64,000 bases of DNA from a candidate division WS6 bacterium OLB20 (GTDB lineage: Bacteria > Patescibacteriota > Dojkabacteria > B142 > OLB20): assembly GCA_001567355.1 (NCBI GenBank), contig JYNZ01000003.1:274124-338123 (forward strand), written 5' to 3'. Below are positions 1 to 9,710 of the stretch, in pieces. The translations under genes and the position numbers were made by a program. The notes under the pieces were generated by a model. The model had not been told where the DNA came from and searched no databases. It saw only the letters and a list, made by a program, of their open reading frames with translations. Position 1 is the first letter of the stretch. Each line of letters starts with the position of its first letter.

Positions 1-1
1 A

Positions 2-274
2 AACAAAAAAAAGGCATTGTCTGTCCTCAAAAGCAGACTGTACGACCTCGAGCTGCAGAAACAGCAGCAGCAGGAGCGTGACAGCAGACAGTCGGCAATA
101 GCTGGCGGCGACCGCTCTGCCAAGATCCGCACATATAACTTTCCGCAGAGTCGCGTCACCGATCACCGAATCAAACAGAGCTGGTACAATCTTCACGAGA
201 TACTCGATGGCGCACTGCAGGAGGTCCTCGATGCTCTTAAACAGGCAGAATATGAACACCAGACAGGCGATTGA
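2..274 (+). CDS. prfA: peptide chain release factor 1, C-terminal fragment (gene starts upstream of window)
   Basis: Translation contains the RF1/RF2 C-terminal motif RTYNFPQSRVTDHRI; open frame runs to window edge. Confidence 0.8.
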   Translation, partial: NKKKALSVLKSRLYDLELQKQQQQERDSRQSAIAGGDRSAKIRTYNFPQSRVTDHRIKQSWYNLHEILDGALQEVLDALKQAEYEHQTGD

Positions 275-1118
275 ATGGGCAGGGACCGAGCTGTCAGGAC
301 TTGAAGATCCACGCCTGGAGGCAGAACTGCTGCTTGCATACGTACTTGACTGCGACAGAAGCCGCATTAACGCATACCCGGAGCAGCAACTCAACCACCA
401 TGAGGAGCAGCGCTACCGGGTTCTGATCCGCAGAGCATCACGCCTTGAGCCGCTTGCATATCTAACAGGAAAGAAAGAGTTTTTCGGGCATTCGTTTCTG
501 GTCAACCGCCAGGTTCTGATACCGCGTCCCGAAACGGAAGAGCTGGTAGAGCTTGCACTGCAAAAGATCGAAAAGCACGGGTTCAGGAGGATACTTGATG
601 TCGGAACCGGAAGCGGTGCCATTGCTCTGTCTCTGGCTGCAGAATCCCCTGCCCCGCTCACCATTGATGCTATCGATAAGAGCGTCATGGCAATCAAAGT
701 GGCTGGTATGAACAGAATCCGCATCAGACCGGCTCACGAGGACACCAGCGTCAATCTGATAGCCTCAACACTTGATGCCTTTCAGGGCAATGACTATGAT
801 ATGGTTGTATCCAATCCCCCGTACATTCCCAGCGCAGAGATAACTGCTCTTGCAGAAGGTGTGCGTGAATATGAGCCGCATCTGGCGCTTGACGGCGGCA
901 CAGACGGTCTGGATATATACCGGCTGCTTGCCAAGCGGCTGCCCACAATCCTTGCTGACGGGGGAATATGTCTGTGTGAAGTTCACAGCCCGCTTGCTTC
1001 TGAAACGGCCGAACTCTTTAAAGACAGCTGCCCCGGAAGCTCTGTGACAGTTCACAAAGACCTCCAGGGCAGACTGCGCATAATCGAAATCAGCGGCGTT
1101 CGTCGACTGTTATTGTAG
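252..1118 (+). CDS. prmC: release factor glutamine N5-methyltransferase PrmC/HemK
   Basis: NPPY motif (VVSNPPYIP) and SAM-binding GTGSG; directly follows prfA as in the conserved prfA-prmC pair; start chosen at internal ATG 252 (ORF opens at 207). Confidence 0.85.
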   Translation: MNTRQAIEWAGTELSGLEDPRLEAELLLAYVLDCDRSRINAYPEQQLNHHEEQRYRVLIRRASRLEPLAYLTGKKEFFGHSFLVNRQVLIPRPETEELVELALQKIEKHGFRRILDVGTGSGAIALSLAAESPAPLTIDAIDKSVMAIKVAGMNRIRIRPAHEDTSVNLIASTLDAFQGNDYDMVVSNPPYIPSAEITALAEGVREYEPHLALDGGTDGLDIYRLLAKRLPTILADGGICLCEVHSPLASETAELFKDSCPGSSVTVHKDLQGRLRIIEISGVRRLLL

Positions 1119-2322
1119 TTTCAAACGTTTCTCCGTCTCTGAGAATACCAACACGCACCTGCGAACCAATCTCGCTTGCCTGGATCAGATTGAAGAGACT
1201 CTGCTCCTCCAGGTCATTGCCGTCAAACTCCAGAATGATATCTCCCGGCAGAATTCCAGCCTTGTCTGCGGCTGCTCCGTCAACTACACGCAATATTTCG
1301 GCGCCGACCGTTGACCTGCCGTTAACAAATACGATTCTGAGCCGGTATTCGATGCCAAGGAATGGAATCCGGAACCTTCCAAACTCATTCAGTTCTTCAA
1401 TTCTGTTTTTTACACGATTGATCGGGATGGCAAAGGAAAGGTTGTCAGCTCCGCTCACTGTGGCAAAATTCATTCCGATGACTTCACCGGACGAGTTTAA
1501 CAGCGGTCCGCCGGAATTACCCGGATTGATAGCTGCATCAGTCTGAATCACATCCTCATATGTCTCAACACCGCTGGCAAAAAATCCTTCGCTGATCTGC
1601 ACCTCACGGTTTAGACCACTGATGATGCCGGATGTGACCGTGCCGGAAAACCTGCCAAGAGGATTACCTATTGCCACCACAGTCTGCCCCTGCTGCAGCC
1701 CTTCAGAGTCACCAAGTGGCAACGCCGGAAGGTCTGAACGCTCGATGGTTATCAGCGCAATGTCGTTAACCGGATCACGGTGAATATCGACGACATCAAT
1801 CAGTTCCTCACTGTCTTTCAGTGTGACAAAGTAATCGGTGTCATCCTGTTCGACAACATGACGGTTGGTAACAATCAGTCCATTTGCAGTGACAATAAAG
1901 CCGGTACCGATCACCTGATCTTCACGCTGGTTGTTGCCGCGGATACCGATTGCAACTACAGACGGAGCTGACCGTTCGAATACATTTGTAATAACCTCTT
2001 CGTGACCGGTAATTGTCTGGTTTCCGTCGCCAACGATCTGTGTATAACGGTATTCTCCAGTGCCGGCTTCTTCGGTGTAGTTCTGGCATTCAAGTGAACG
2101 GTAGATCTGTGAGCCACTGACTACAGTCCTGCAGACACTTTGCTGGACAAATCCCCCGAGCCAGAGTACCGCAAAGGCACCGCAACAGATAAGGAGCAAT
2201 CCAATGATAAATATGAGGCAGGAGAACTTTGCCTTAAGGCCTCTGCCCTTTTTCTTGGGTGGCTGTGCGGAAGGTTGTGTCTGCGTATTGTCCGTCACAG
2301 CAATTTTTTCTGCTTCTTTCAT
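1090..2322 (-). CDS. HtrA/DegP-family trypsin-like serine protease with PDZ domain, N-terminal membrane anchor
   Basis: GNSGGPLLNSSGEVIGMNFA catalytic-Ser motif, HV..DDTD, C-terminal PDZ (ILPGDIILEFDG); TM helix near N-terminus. Confidence 0.85.
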   Translation of the reverse strand: MKEAEKIAVTDNTQTQPSAQPPKKKGRGLKAKFSCLIFIIGLLLICCGAFAVLWLGGFVQQSVCRTVVSGSQIYRSLECQNYTEEAGTGEYRYTQIVGDGNQTITGHEEVITNVFERSAPSVVAIGIRGNNQREDQVIGTGFIVTANGLIVTNRHVVEQDDTDYFVTLKDSEELIDVVDIHRDPVNDIALITIERSDLPALPLGDSEGLQQGQTVVAIGNPLGRFSGTVTSGIISGLNREVQISEGFFASGVETYEDVIQTDAAINPGNSGGPLLNSSGEVIGMNFATVSGADNLSFAIPINRVKNRIEELNEFGRFRIPFLGIEYRLRIVFVNGRSTVGAEILRVVDGAAADKAGILPGDIILEFDGNDLEEQSLFNLIQASEIGSQVRVGILRDGETFETTITVDERR

Positions 2323-2343
2323 GCACGTGCTGTAACAAATAAA

Positions 2344-3561
2344 CTATTGTTTACCCAGTTCAGCGAGTGCCCGGCTGTCCTGTTCCTCGTATTCTTCGAC
2401 CTCAATATCAGGAACAATCGGGTCTTCTGCAGTAATATTCTTGCCTGACGGTGTCAGCCACTTCTGAAACACAAGCTGCAGGGTTGACCCGTCGCTCAGC
2501 GTGATCAGTCGCTGTTCAACACCTTTACCAACGGTTTTTGTACCGATAATCGTGGCGCGATCGTGATCCTGCAATGCTCCTGCAAAGATCTCGGAAGCAG
2601 ATGCACTGCCTTCATTGGTAATAACTGTTACCGGGACATCAAGCAGACGGCCCTGTCTGCGCACCGTATGTTCCACTTTGTTTCCGTTTCTGTCCTCTTC
2701 GCTGAAGATAAGTTTGCCCTGTTCAAGAAAATCGCCTAGGACGTATTCTACAGAGCTGACGTAACCTCCAGGATTATTGCGCACATCGACAACAACACCT
2801 TTGGGGTTTTTGCCTTTGAGCTCGGTTACAATTGCATCCCACTGGCTGTTAAAGGCCTCAACGGATTCTTCGGTAAACTTGTAGATCTTTATCTTGTAGT
2901 ATCCGTCACCGAGATCCTCGAGCATAATGTTGTCTAGGTCAATCTTCTCGCGTGTGATAGTTACCTCATAGCGCTCGGAGTTTTCGGGTCGGAACAAAGC
3001 CAGGACAACATCAGAACCTGCTTCACCCCGGATGCTGGCCGCAACTTCGTATACTGTTTTTCCCTGAACATCAGTACCATCGACTTCGAGAATAAGATCG
3101 CCAGGCTGCAAACCTGCTTTTTGCGCAGGAGAGCCGTCTATCGGACTTTCAACCACTGTAAATTCGCCCTCCTGGCGGAGTGTTGTGCCAATGCCTTCAA
3201 ATTCGCCCTTGTTGGAGCTTAGATATTGAGAGGTCTCTTCGGGGCTAAGAAAGGCCGTATAGCGATCATCAAGACCGCTTACGAGACCGCGTGCGGCTCC
3301 GTAAAGCAGCTGCTGCCCGTCAACATCCTTATCAATGTATTCAGAATCAATCATGTCCCATACCTCCCAGAGGAGTCCGACATCAACATTCTGGTGCTGA
3401 TCCTTGATGTCACCGCTCAGGTTATAACCTCCAGTGTTTCTTGGCTGCGAGCTGCTCTGCTGCAGATCTATGCGCCCCAGAAAAAAACCTCCCAGGAAGA
3501 ATATAACGATCAGGAAGAATCCGATCATAACTTTTGTTGCTGCTTTTGTCTGGCTGTCCAT
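2344..3561 (-). CDS. ctpA: carboxy-terminal processing protease (S41 family) with PDZ domain
   Basis: PDZ (GLQPGDLILEVDG), S41 core VVDVRNNPGGY and NEGSASASEIFAGALQDHDRATIIGTKTVGKG. Confidence 0.85.
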   Translation of the reverse strand: MDSQTKAATKVMIGFFLIVIFFLGGFFLGRIDLQQSSSQPRNTGGYNLSGDIKDQHQNVDVGLLWEVWDMIDSEYIDKDVDGQQLLYGAARGLVSGLDDRYTAFLSPEETSQYLSSNKGEFEGIGTTLRQEGEFTVVESPIDGSPAQKAGLQPGDLILEVDGTDVQGKTVYEVAASIRGEAGSDVVLALFRPENSERYEVTITREKIDLDNIMLEDLGDGYYKIKIYKFTEESVEAFNSQWDAIVTELKGKNPKGVVVDVRNNPGGYVSSVEYVLGDFLEQGKLIFSEEDRNGNKVEHTVRRQGRLLDVPVTVITNEGSASASEIFAGALQDHDRATIIGTKTVGKGVEQRLITLSDGSTLQLVFQKWLTPSGKNITAEDPIVPDIEVEEYEEQDSRALAELGKQ

Positions 3562-3566
3562 CGAAA

Positions 3567-5000
3567 TTATTTGGGCAATGTATTAGATATGGATACCGTT
3601 ATGAAGCCATCATCAGTGGCTGCGAGTAATTCGCTTACATCGGTAGTAGCACGTTCTATTCTAGCATACCCTTCTTCGGGATAGTAACTGAAAATACTGA
3701 CATGCTGTCCCTTATGCGGCTGATACTGCCGGATATCAATGGTATCCGAAACCTGATTGCGACCATTCATGGCCGGAAGCATCTCAGCACATAGCGTCTT
3801 CTGACCTGCGACGACATAGCGGCCGGTAAGCCTGTAGAGAAGATCAGTTATCTCGCTGTCTGCCTTTGTATCAGGTGCGGATACAAGGGCAAAACTGCAC
3901 CAGCGCCAGCGGGGATCGGTCGCCAGTGAATGTAACAACTGCGTATAGTCAGCCTCAAGCAGCAGGACACCGCTGATACTGTTTTCTACGATATCCTCAA
4001 GCGGGACGTCAAAACTGTTGAGATCAGAAGCGATCAGAATCCTGGGTCCGACAGTTTTTGTATACATATCTGCAACAACAGTTCCTTCAAACTGTTCTCC
4101 TGTGGATGTATGGACCGGTATCATCAGAAGATTTTCAGTCATCAGCCTGAATCCTTTTTTACCCGACGTACCGGTTATTTTACCGCCGAATGGTGCATAG
4201 AATTGCTGTGTGTGCTCGTTTTCGATCAGCAGAATACCCCTGTCTGCAAGACTCAGATCCACCCTGCCCTCACCTCCCGCTTTAACGGGTTTTGCCCACA
4301 GACCTCTGGCAACCGGCTCAAGTGCAAGTTCCTGCCCGGTTGTTACGTACTCTCCGTCACTGACCCGCAGGTACGGAATCAGGCTGTGCTCGGATACATA
4401 CATGCGCAGGTCAGTCGCGCTGAGAGATCCAATCTTTTCACCGGTTTTAACTGTTGAGCCCTTTGAGAGGTTGTGTGACAAAGCATATCTGCTGCCCGGA
4501 TAAATACCCGCCTCGGCAGTGACACCGGTAAGACATGACGGCACTGTCAGCACCCCCCGATCACCCTGCAGCATAAGGTTAAGCCCTGCTTCACGCCACC
4601 AGCGCTCATATCCTTCGGCACTGAGGCGCTCCAGATCCGGGAACGGATGGACAGCGCAATACACATGCCTGCGGACCGGCAGACTGTCCAGCGTATACCC
4701 TGAACCACCCAGATCAAACAACCCGCTTCTGTGCTCTTCAAGCAGCAGTGTTCTCTCAGTGCCTTCAGAATCGACTGCGGTTACTGCAGGAATACCTGAC
4801 CGTTTTCTGGCAGCAACTGAGCCCAGCCAGGTAAGCTGGGGTTGCAGCTCATCAGCGTGTACAAAAAAGAGCGGATTATCTTTTTCAGCTGCACTTCTGG
4901 CAAGCAGATACCACAGTCCGCGAGTGTCAATCAGGACATCACGGATGCTGTCTCCGGACACCTCGGCAATGACAGCAAGCACCAGTGCGGCATCAAGCAT
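3567..5000 (-). CDS. hypothetical protein with barrel-sandwich-hybrid (biotinyl/lipoyl-like) segment
   Basis: 477-aa ORF; segment VKTGEKIGSLS..YVTTGQELALEP resembles a hybrid-barrel motif; no confident family assignment. Confidence 0.5.
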   Translation of the reverse strand: MLDAALVLAVIAEVSGDSIRDVLIDTRGLWYLLARSAAEKDNPLFFVHADELQPQLTWLGSVAARKRSGIPAVTAVDSEGTERTLLLEEHRSGLFDLGGSGYTLDSLPVRRHVYCAVHPFPDLERLSAEGYERWWREAGLNLMLQGDRGVLTVPSCLTGVTAEAGIYPGSRYALSHNLSKGSTVKTGEKIGSLSATDLRMYVSEHSLIPYLRVSDGEYVTTGQELALEPVARGLWAKPVKAGGEGRVDLSLADRGILLIENEHTQQFYAPFGGKITGTSGKKGFRLMTENLLMIPVHTSTGEQFEGTVVADMYTKTVGPRILIASDLNSFDVPLEDIVENSISGVLLLEADYTQLLHSLATDPRWRWCSFALVSAPDTKADSEITDLLYRLTGRYVVAGQKTLCAEMLPAMNGRNQVSDTIDIRQYQPHKGQHVSIFSYYPEEGYARIERATTDVSELLAATDDGFITVSISNTLPK

Positions 5001-5593
5001 CCTGACCAGACCATTTCACCAGACAGAATCAGTGTGTCGCTGCCGCCGGCCAGACGTGCAAGTTGCGGCTGCAGCATAGTGCGCAGCAGGGCAAGATGCA
5101 GTCTGCGGGAGTGCTGATCCTGAGTTGTAACTGGAGCATCGAGTAATGTGCTTCGCACTTTAGAATACACCACCCCATCCCGCTTAAATACAGCAGCCGG
5201 CAGTTGCTCTGCAAGCGAGGCCAGATCTGCCGTATAAAAGTCCTCGCTCTCGGCTGTGATCACGCGGCACCCTGTAAAATCGAGCTCAAGATAGACCGCG
5301 TTTGTCTCGAGAGCGGCGAGCGCCTTGCGAACGCGTTCGGGGACAGGAGTTGATTTGCGCAGGGTATGCGACGCTGATGGCAGCAGGTCCTGTGCTGTCT
5401 TGCGTGTAAGCAGCTGACGGTCAGCATGCTCGTAATCAGTATGCTCTGCAAGACGGGAAGCCTGCCAGGGAATACGGAAACGCAAAAACCGGCTCACTGT
5501 GTAGCCGGTCGTTATGTCTCCTGTGAGAGAAATTTTTGTTCCAAAGAACTGTCCAAACGTTCTGAAAACATAGTCATGTGCAGACATGTTCAT
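4931..5593 (-). CDS. hypothetical protein (overlaps start of downstream ORF by 70 nt; possibly same gene split by a frameshift)
   Basis: 220-aa ORF, same strand, 70-nt overlap with 3567..5000. Confidence 0.4.
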   Translation of the reverse strand: MNMSAHDYVFRTFGQFFGTKISLTGDITTGYTVSRFLRFRIPWQASRLAEHTDYEHADRQLLTRKTAQDLLPSASHTLRKSTPVPERVRKALAALETNAVYLELDFTGCRVITAESEDFYTADLASLAEQLPAAVFKRDGVVYSKVRSTLLDAPVTTQDQHSRRLHLALLRTMLQPQLARLAGGSDTLILSGEMVWSGCLMPHWCLLSLPRCPETASVMS

Positions 5594-5620
5594 GGCGGGA
5601 CAGTTGTGACAGAACCAAGG

Positions 5621-5866
5621 TTAGATCAGCTCGTTGTAAGGCAGCAGTGCCATGTAACGGGCCTTTTTGATCTCTACAGCCAGTTTGCGCTGGCAGCGGG
5701 GGCTCACACCGGTTCGTTCCGGAGCAAGGATCCTGCCGCGGGTTGTCACAAACTTTTTCAGTCTGTAGACATCCTTGTAGTCAATCAGTTCTGTACGGCC
5801 GCGGAACGGGCACGATGGCTTGCGGAACCGTTTGTACTGCTTGCGTTTTTTGAGAGTCTTTGGCAT
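5621..5866 (-). CDS. rpsR: 30S ribosomal protein S18
   Basis: 81 aa; CPFRG..IDYKDV..L..F.T.RG.I..R..TG....Q.....IK.AR.MALLPY signature. Confidence 0.95.
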   Translation of the reverse strand: MPKTLKKRKQYKRFRKPSCPFRGRTELIDYKDVYRLKKFVTTRGRILAPERTGVSPRCQRKLAVEIKKARYMALLPYNELI

Positions 5867-5876
5867 TGTTCTTCAG

Positions 5877-6368
5877 TTAAAATAGATCATCAGGGTCTGT
5901 ATCTTCATTCTGTGCAGCGGGGGCAACTGCAACCGGGGCTGCATCCTCCATGACACCTGCACCAGCCGACTGCTCGTCGTCCTCATCAGATTCGGAGCGT
6001 GCCGCATCGATTCCAACACCCTTTTTACCTTTGTCATCGAGCAGCTTCATATCATTGATCTTGATCTCGGTCTTGTACCGTCTGCCTCCGGCAGAGTCTT
6101 CCCAGGTGCGCGTCCTCAGTTCTCCCTCTATCCAGACCAGCATTCCTGTCGAAAGGATCTGTGCGCAGATTTCTGCAAGTTTGTTCCAGGCAACAACATT
6201 ATGAAACTCTGTACGTTCCTGCAGATTGCCGTTACTGTCCTTCCAGGAGTCGTTTGTGGCGACACCGAAGGTGCACACTGTTGCACCGTTGACGGTTGAG
6301 CGCAGTACAGGATTCCTGGTCAGGTTTCCAATAATCAGGACCTTGTTCAAAGATCGTGAAGTAGCCAT
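5877..6368 (-). CDS. ssb: single-stranded DNA-binding protein
   Basis: OB-fold SSB motifs (LNKVLIIGNLTRNP, FHNVVAW), acidic C-terminal tail ending DDLF; rpsF-ssb-rpsR context. Confidence 0.95.
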   Translation of the reverse strand: MATSRSLNKVLIIGNLTRNPVLRSTVNGATVCTFGVATNDSWKDSNGNLQERTEFHNVVAWNKLAEICAQILSTGMLVWIEGELRTRTWEDSAGGRRYKTEIKINDMKLLDDKGKKGVGIDAARSESDEDDEQSAGAGVMEDAAPVAVAPAAQNEDTDPDDLF

Positions 6369-6395
6369 TCAAGTCTTCTAATATGTAATAGAAAA

Positions 6396-6680
6396 TTATG
6401 AATCCTTCTTGGACAGCAGTGAACGCAGCACATCGCTGATCAGATTCAGCTCTTTCTGAAATTCTTCCACTTTGGAAGGATCGAGCTCCAGATCATAGAC
6501 GATGTAGTATCCCTCTTCGTGTTTTTCAATGGGATACGCAAGATGGCGTTTGCCCCATGCATCAACGTTGACTACAGAACCTTTCGCCTTTTTGACGAGG
6601 GTTTCAAGTTTCTTCTGAACCCCTGCTCTGATGTCTTCGGGAAGTAAGGGCTTTAGGATGACCATCAATTCGTACTTCAT
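6396..6680 (-). CDS. rpsF: 30S ribosomal protein S6
   Basis: MKYELMVILKP...GKRHLAYPI; ORF opens at 6803 but conserved S6 start is Met at 6680. Confidence 0.9.
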   Translation of the reverse strand: MKYELMVILKPLLPEDIRAGVQKKLETLVKKAKGSVVNVDAWGKRHLAYPIEKHEEGYYIVYDLELDPSKVEEFQKELNLISDVLRSLLSKKDS

Positions 6681-6803
6681 CGTAACCAAACCAATAACTA
6701 AATAAATATCTCGGGCAATAGAAATCTGCAGAGAATAATACCATACTTTATACAAAATGAGAACCGGAATACTCAAAGAATACGCCGGTTCTCTGCTCTG
6801 CAA

Positions 6804-7517
6804 CTAGTTTTTTACGATTGAGGTGTTGTATTCACCCTGCTCGATGATTGTAACCTGTCCGTTTGCTGACCTGACAAGAAGGATAACCTCGTTGTTAGGA
6901 AAGATGGCAATCACATCGCCGGACTGTGCGTTTTTGTAGAACTCGGCATCCTGGCTCTGCAGCTGTTTAGGATCAGTTACAACTGAAAGCTGCGGGTTGG
7001 CGTTTTCTGCGCTACCGATGACACCTGAGCTGACAGCTGCTTTTACAACGGAATCACGTAAAGCCTGCTGATTTCTGTTCAGGATTGTTCCGGGGCTGTC
7101 ACCTTCGTAGACGATTTCTCCAGTCGAGCGGCGGTAGATGACCATTTTATCGGAGTACCCGAGAACATAGTCACCGTCCTGTGCGTTTGCGTATACCTGT
7201 GCCTGGATTGAGTTTGAGCTGCGCAGGTTTTCAGCATCAGCAACAACACTCACTACAGGTGTCTCAAAGGGATTCACCTCGACCTGCTCGGCGACCTCCT
7301 CCATTACCTGCTGCGTCAGATTGCGCTGCTGGATATACGGAGGGCTGATGGTAAGAAAGATATTGATTACAAGTAGCACCGTGATCACTACCAGCATCGG
7401 TGGAACGATGTTGCTTGATAGCATTCCTTTCATCTTCTTAGGTGCCTGGGCTGAATGCTGGTTACCGAGAAATGTCGGGTTCTGATTGCCGCCAGCGGGC
7501 AGGTTCTGCTGTTGCAT
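6804..7517 (-). CDS. hypothetical membrane-anchored (signal-anchor) secreted protein
   Basis: 237-aa ORF with one N-terminal TM helix (IVPPMLVVITVLLVINIFL), no recognisable domain. Confidence 0.5.
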   Translation of the reverse strand: MQQQNLPAGGNQNPTFLGNQHSAQAPKKMKGMLSSNIVPPMLVVITVLLVINIFLTISPPYIQQRNLTQQVMEEVAEQVEVNPFETPVVSVVADAENLRSSNSIQAQVYANAQDGDYVLGYSDKMVIYRRSTGEIVYEGDSPGTILNRNQQALRDSVVKAAVSSGVIGSAENANPQLSVVTDPKQLQSQDAEFYKNAQSGDVIAIFPNNEVILLVRSANGQVTIIEQGEYNTSIVKN

Positions 7518-7608
7518 GAATCCTTGGAATAAAACGTTATGGATTTACTATAACGATAGAACATGAGTGAGTCAATTACGAACACCGGCCGACACCTAAT
7601 TAACTCAC

Positions 7609-7640
7609 AAAAAAAATCACGCACCGTGCGAGTGCGTGAT
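7609..7640 (-). terminator. rho-independent terminator (9-bp stem atcacgcac/gtgcgtgat followed by T8 on minus strand)
   Basis: Perfect inverted repeat 7616..7640 preceded on + strand by A8 (= T8 after hairpin on - strand). Confidence 0.6.
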
Positions 7641-8102
7641 TTAAAAGCAGTTGACAGCTTAGTCAGGGCTGTCAGCAAAAGACAGAACAAATAGTTACAA
7701 GTGCAAAGAAGTTAACCTATTATGTGATTCCTGTACTTCTGTGTCAAGAATTAGAACAGTAAATTTGTCAGGTTTTCGCTTTTTGTATTAATCTCTACAC
7801 CCCACAGCGCTATCCGTGAATTAAACCTGACAACACCTGTCCGTCTGCTAGAACAGGTCGATGTACAACTTTTATACTCAACAGGGAAAATCAGGGGGTT
7901 GCTGTCGGCCTGATATCATCACCACGCTGAACAGGTACAACATTGATAATGATATCCTCCTCCTCCCGGTAGATAACTGCCCGGTCTGAATAGACCAGCA
8001 GTTTGTCGCCATTCTGGGCAAACAGGTAAAAAGCGGGGTTGGCGATTCGTAACTGATCAATATCGGAGATTGTGGCTATCGTCGGCTGCTCGTCATCGGG
8101 GA

Positions 8103-8357
8103 TCAGAAGTTTGGCTGAGACTTCTCCTGAAGCGTGCGCTCAGGTTTTTGCTCCTCAGCACCCTTCACCTCTGCAGCCGGCGCGGGTGAGGTGATCAGAC
8201 CGTTTTCGATCGCTATATGATATGACAGGCCCCCTCCAAGAAAGACAATGACAAACAGAAGCAGTTTAAGAATGGTATCGACAGCACTTGCGGAACTGCT
8301 GTTTCTGGCTGTCTGGTATGATTGCCTTGGGACTTCTGCACCGTACATATCACGCAT
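8103..8357 (-). CDS. small membrane-anchored hypothetical protein (frame appears to continue after a -1/+1 shift down to 7891)
   Basis: 84-aa ORF with TM helix; adjacent alternative frame stays open to a TGA at 7891..7893. Confidence 0.45.
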   Translation of the reverse strand: MRDMYGAEVPRQSYQTARNSSSASAVDTILKLLLFVIVFLGGGLSYHIAIENGLITSPAPAAEVKGAEEQKPERTLQEKSQPNF

Positions 8358-8408
8358 GCTTAAGAGTTAGTGCTTCTACACTACACAGTGGAAGCAGGAC
8401 TGTCAAAG

Positions 8409-8735
8409 CTAATTGATGATGAAGTAGTTGAAGGTTGTATCAGTCTCGATCGCCTCCTCCGTCTCAATGGTAAAGCCCTGCCCGGGGACCAGATCAGTCA
8501 CACGTGAGCGTACAAACTGATCAGACGTGAGATGTACTGAAGATCCTGATGTTATCTGGATGTTATTTACACGGATGGTGCGTGTACCTGCCGGCAGCGT
8601 TACTTTTCCGGCTGCCTGGTTCTGTCCCTGTTCGATTGAGCTTGCGCTGAATGGTGAGGGAGTTGACCACCGCCTCATTGCCATAGAATACCCCGAGAAC
8701 ATCAAGATCACCTTCCACAACGAGCGCTCCGGCAA
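8409..8735 (-). CDS. probable frameshifted C-terminal continuation of ORF 8563..9645
   Basis: Same strand, 173-nt overlap in a different frame, beta-rich sequence. Confidence 0.35.
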   Translation of the reverse strand: MPERSLWKVILMFSGYSMAMRRWSTPSPFSASSIEQGQNQAAGKVTLPAGTRTIRVNNIQITSGSSVHLTSDQFVRSRVTDLVPGQGFTIETEEAIETDTTFNYFIIN

Positions 8736-9645
8736 TTACGAGCTGGTCAACATTAATACGCATTGTCGTGCTGCCCGGGTTGTCGTTAATTTCAAACAGG
8801 TTGTCTCCATTTGCCAGGCTGAATGACTCGATCTGAAGCGCTCCTGCCGCGTCACTGCGCATTCCGAACACATCGTTGCCGACATAGTAGCTGTCTACGT
8901 ACATCATGATCCGGCCAGTTACAAAGTCGGGAACAGCAACATCCTCATCATTATCAGGGTCTTCATCAGCGAGTGCCTGAGCCCGATAGAACCCTGTGAT
9001 GCGTTCTTTTTCAGCCTCTTCGTCAAAGGCAGCAAACACCTCGGATTCTATTCTCTCAACATACAGTTCTGCCTGATCCTCAGAAAGGTTGCCCTGATTG
9101 ACAGATGTCTCGATCAGCTCATAGGCGACTGATTTCTGCTGCGCAAAGAATGCGTTTACCGCCTCACTGTCACCGCCGGCAAAGAATGCCGGATCAAAAT
9201 CCTCCATGGCGCGTCCGAGAATCATTCCCTCTCCGTCAGCTTTCATTGCATAACCGGGTACATTTGCCGCTGTGAGGAAGTCACCGCGTCGTACAGGGCC
9301 GTTTTCATTACTGATACGGATCGCTGCATTACCCCTGCGGACAAGCGGCATTGCTGCCTCACCCTTCATCCATGCATCAATATGGTAGGCAGGGCTTGTA
9401 GCAATTACACCTGCCGTCAGGTTCCGGTTTGCCTCAGATGCCGGCACTATTGAAGCTTCAATATCGTTGAGCGCTGCAGCATCACTGGTATAAAGAACCT
9501 CGTCTGCAGCAACAATCTCGTTACTGATTTCCTCGGTAACAGTTGTTGTATTGGTAATGATGACTTCCGATGGCTGCTCTGCAATATACTCATCCGGGGC
9601 TGCTGTAGGCTGTGGAGTTGCTGCCGGCTGCTCGTCACCAAGCAC
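8563..9645 (-). CDS. hypothetical protein carrying a ~150-aa domain paralogous to the C-terminal domain of the upstream giant protein; GTG start, no signal peptide
   Basis: FLTAANVPGYAMKADGEGMILGRAMEDFDP aligns with ALSVSDVPGRAQKATGRGMVIGTALESWEP of ORF 9711..16142; ORF 8409..8735 looks like its frameshifted C-terminal continuation. Confidence 0.55.
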   Translation of the reverse strand: MLGDEQPAATPQPTAAPDEYIAEQPSEVIITNTTTVTEEISNEIVAADEVLYTSDAAALNDIEASIVPASEANRNLTAGVIATSPAYHIDAWMKGEAAMPLVRRGNAAIRISNENGPVRRGDFLTAANVPGYAMKADGEGMILGRAMEDFDPAFFAGGDSEAVNAFFAQQKSVAYELIETSVNQGNLSEDQAELYVERIESEVFAAFDEEAEKERITGFYRAQALADEDPDNDEDVAVPDFVTGRIMMYVDSYYVGNDVFGMRSDAAGALQIESFSLANGDNLFEINDNPGSTTMRINVDQLVIAGALVVEGDLDVLGVFYGNEAVVNSLTIQRKLNRTGTEPGSRKSNAAGRYTHHPCK

Positions 9646-9710
9646 TATCTCGGCCTGACCGTCACCGTCTGCGTCAAACTCAAACTTGCCGGATGCCTGA
9701 TTAAAGCGGA

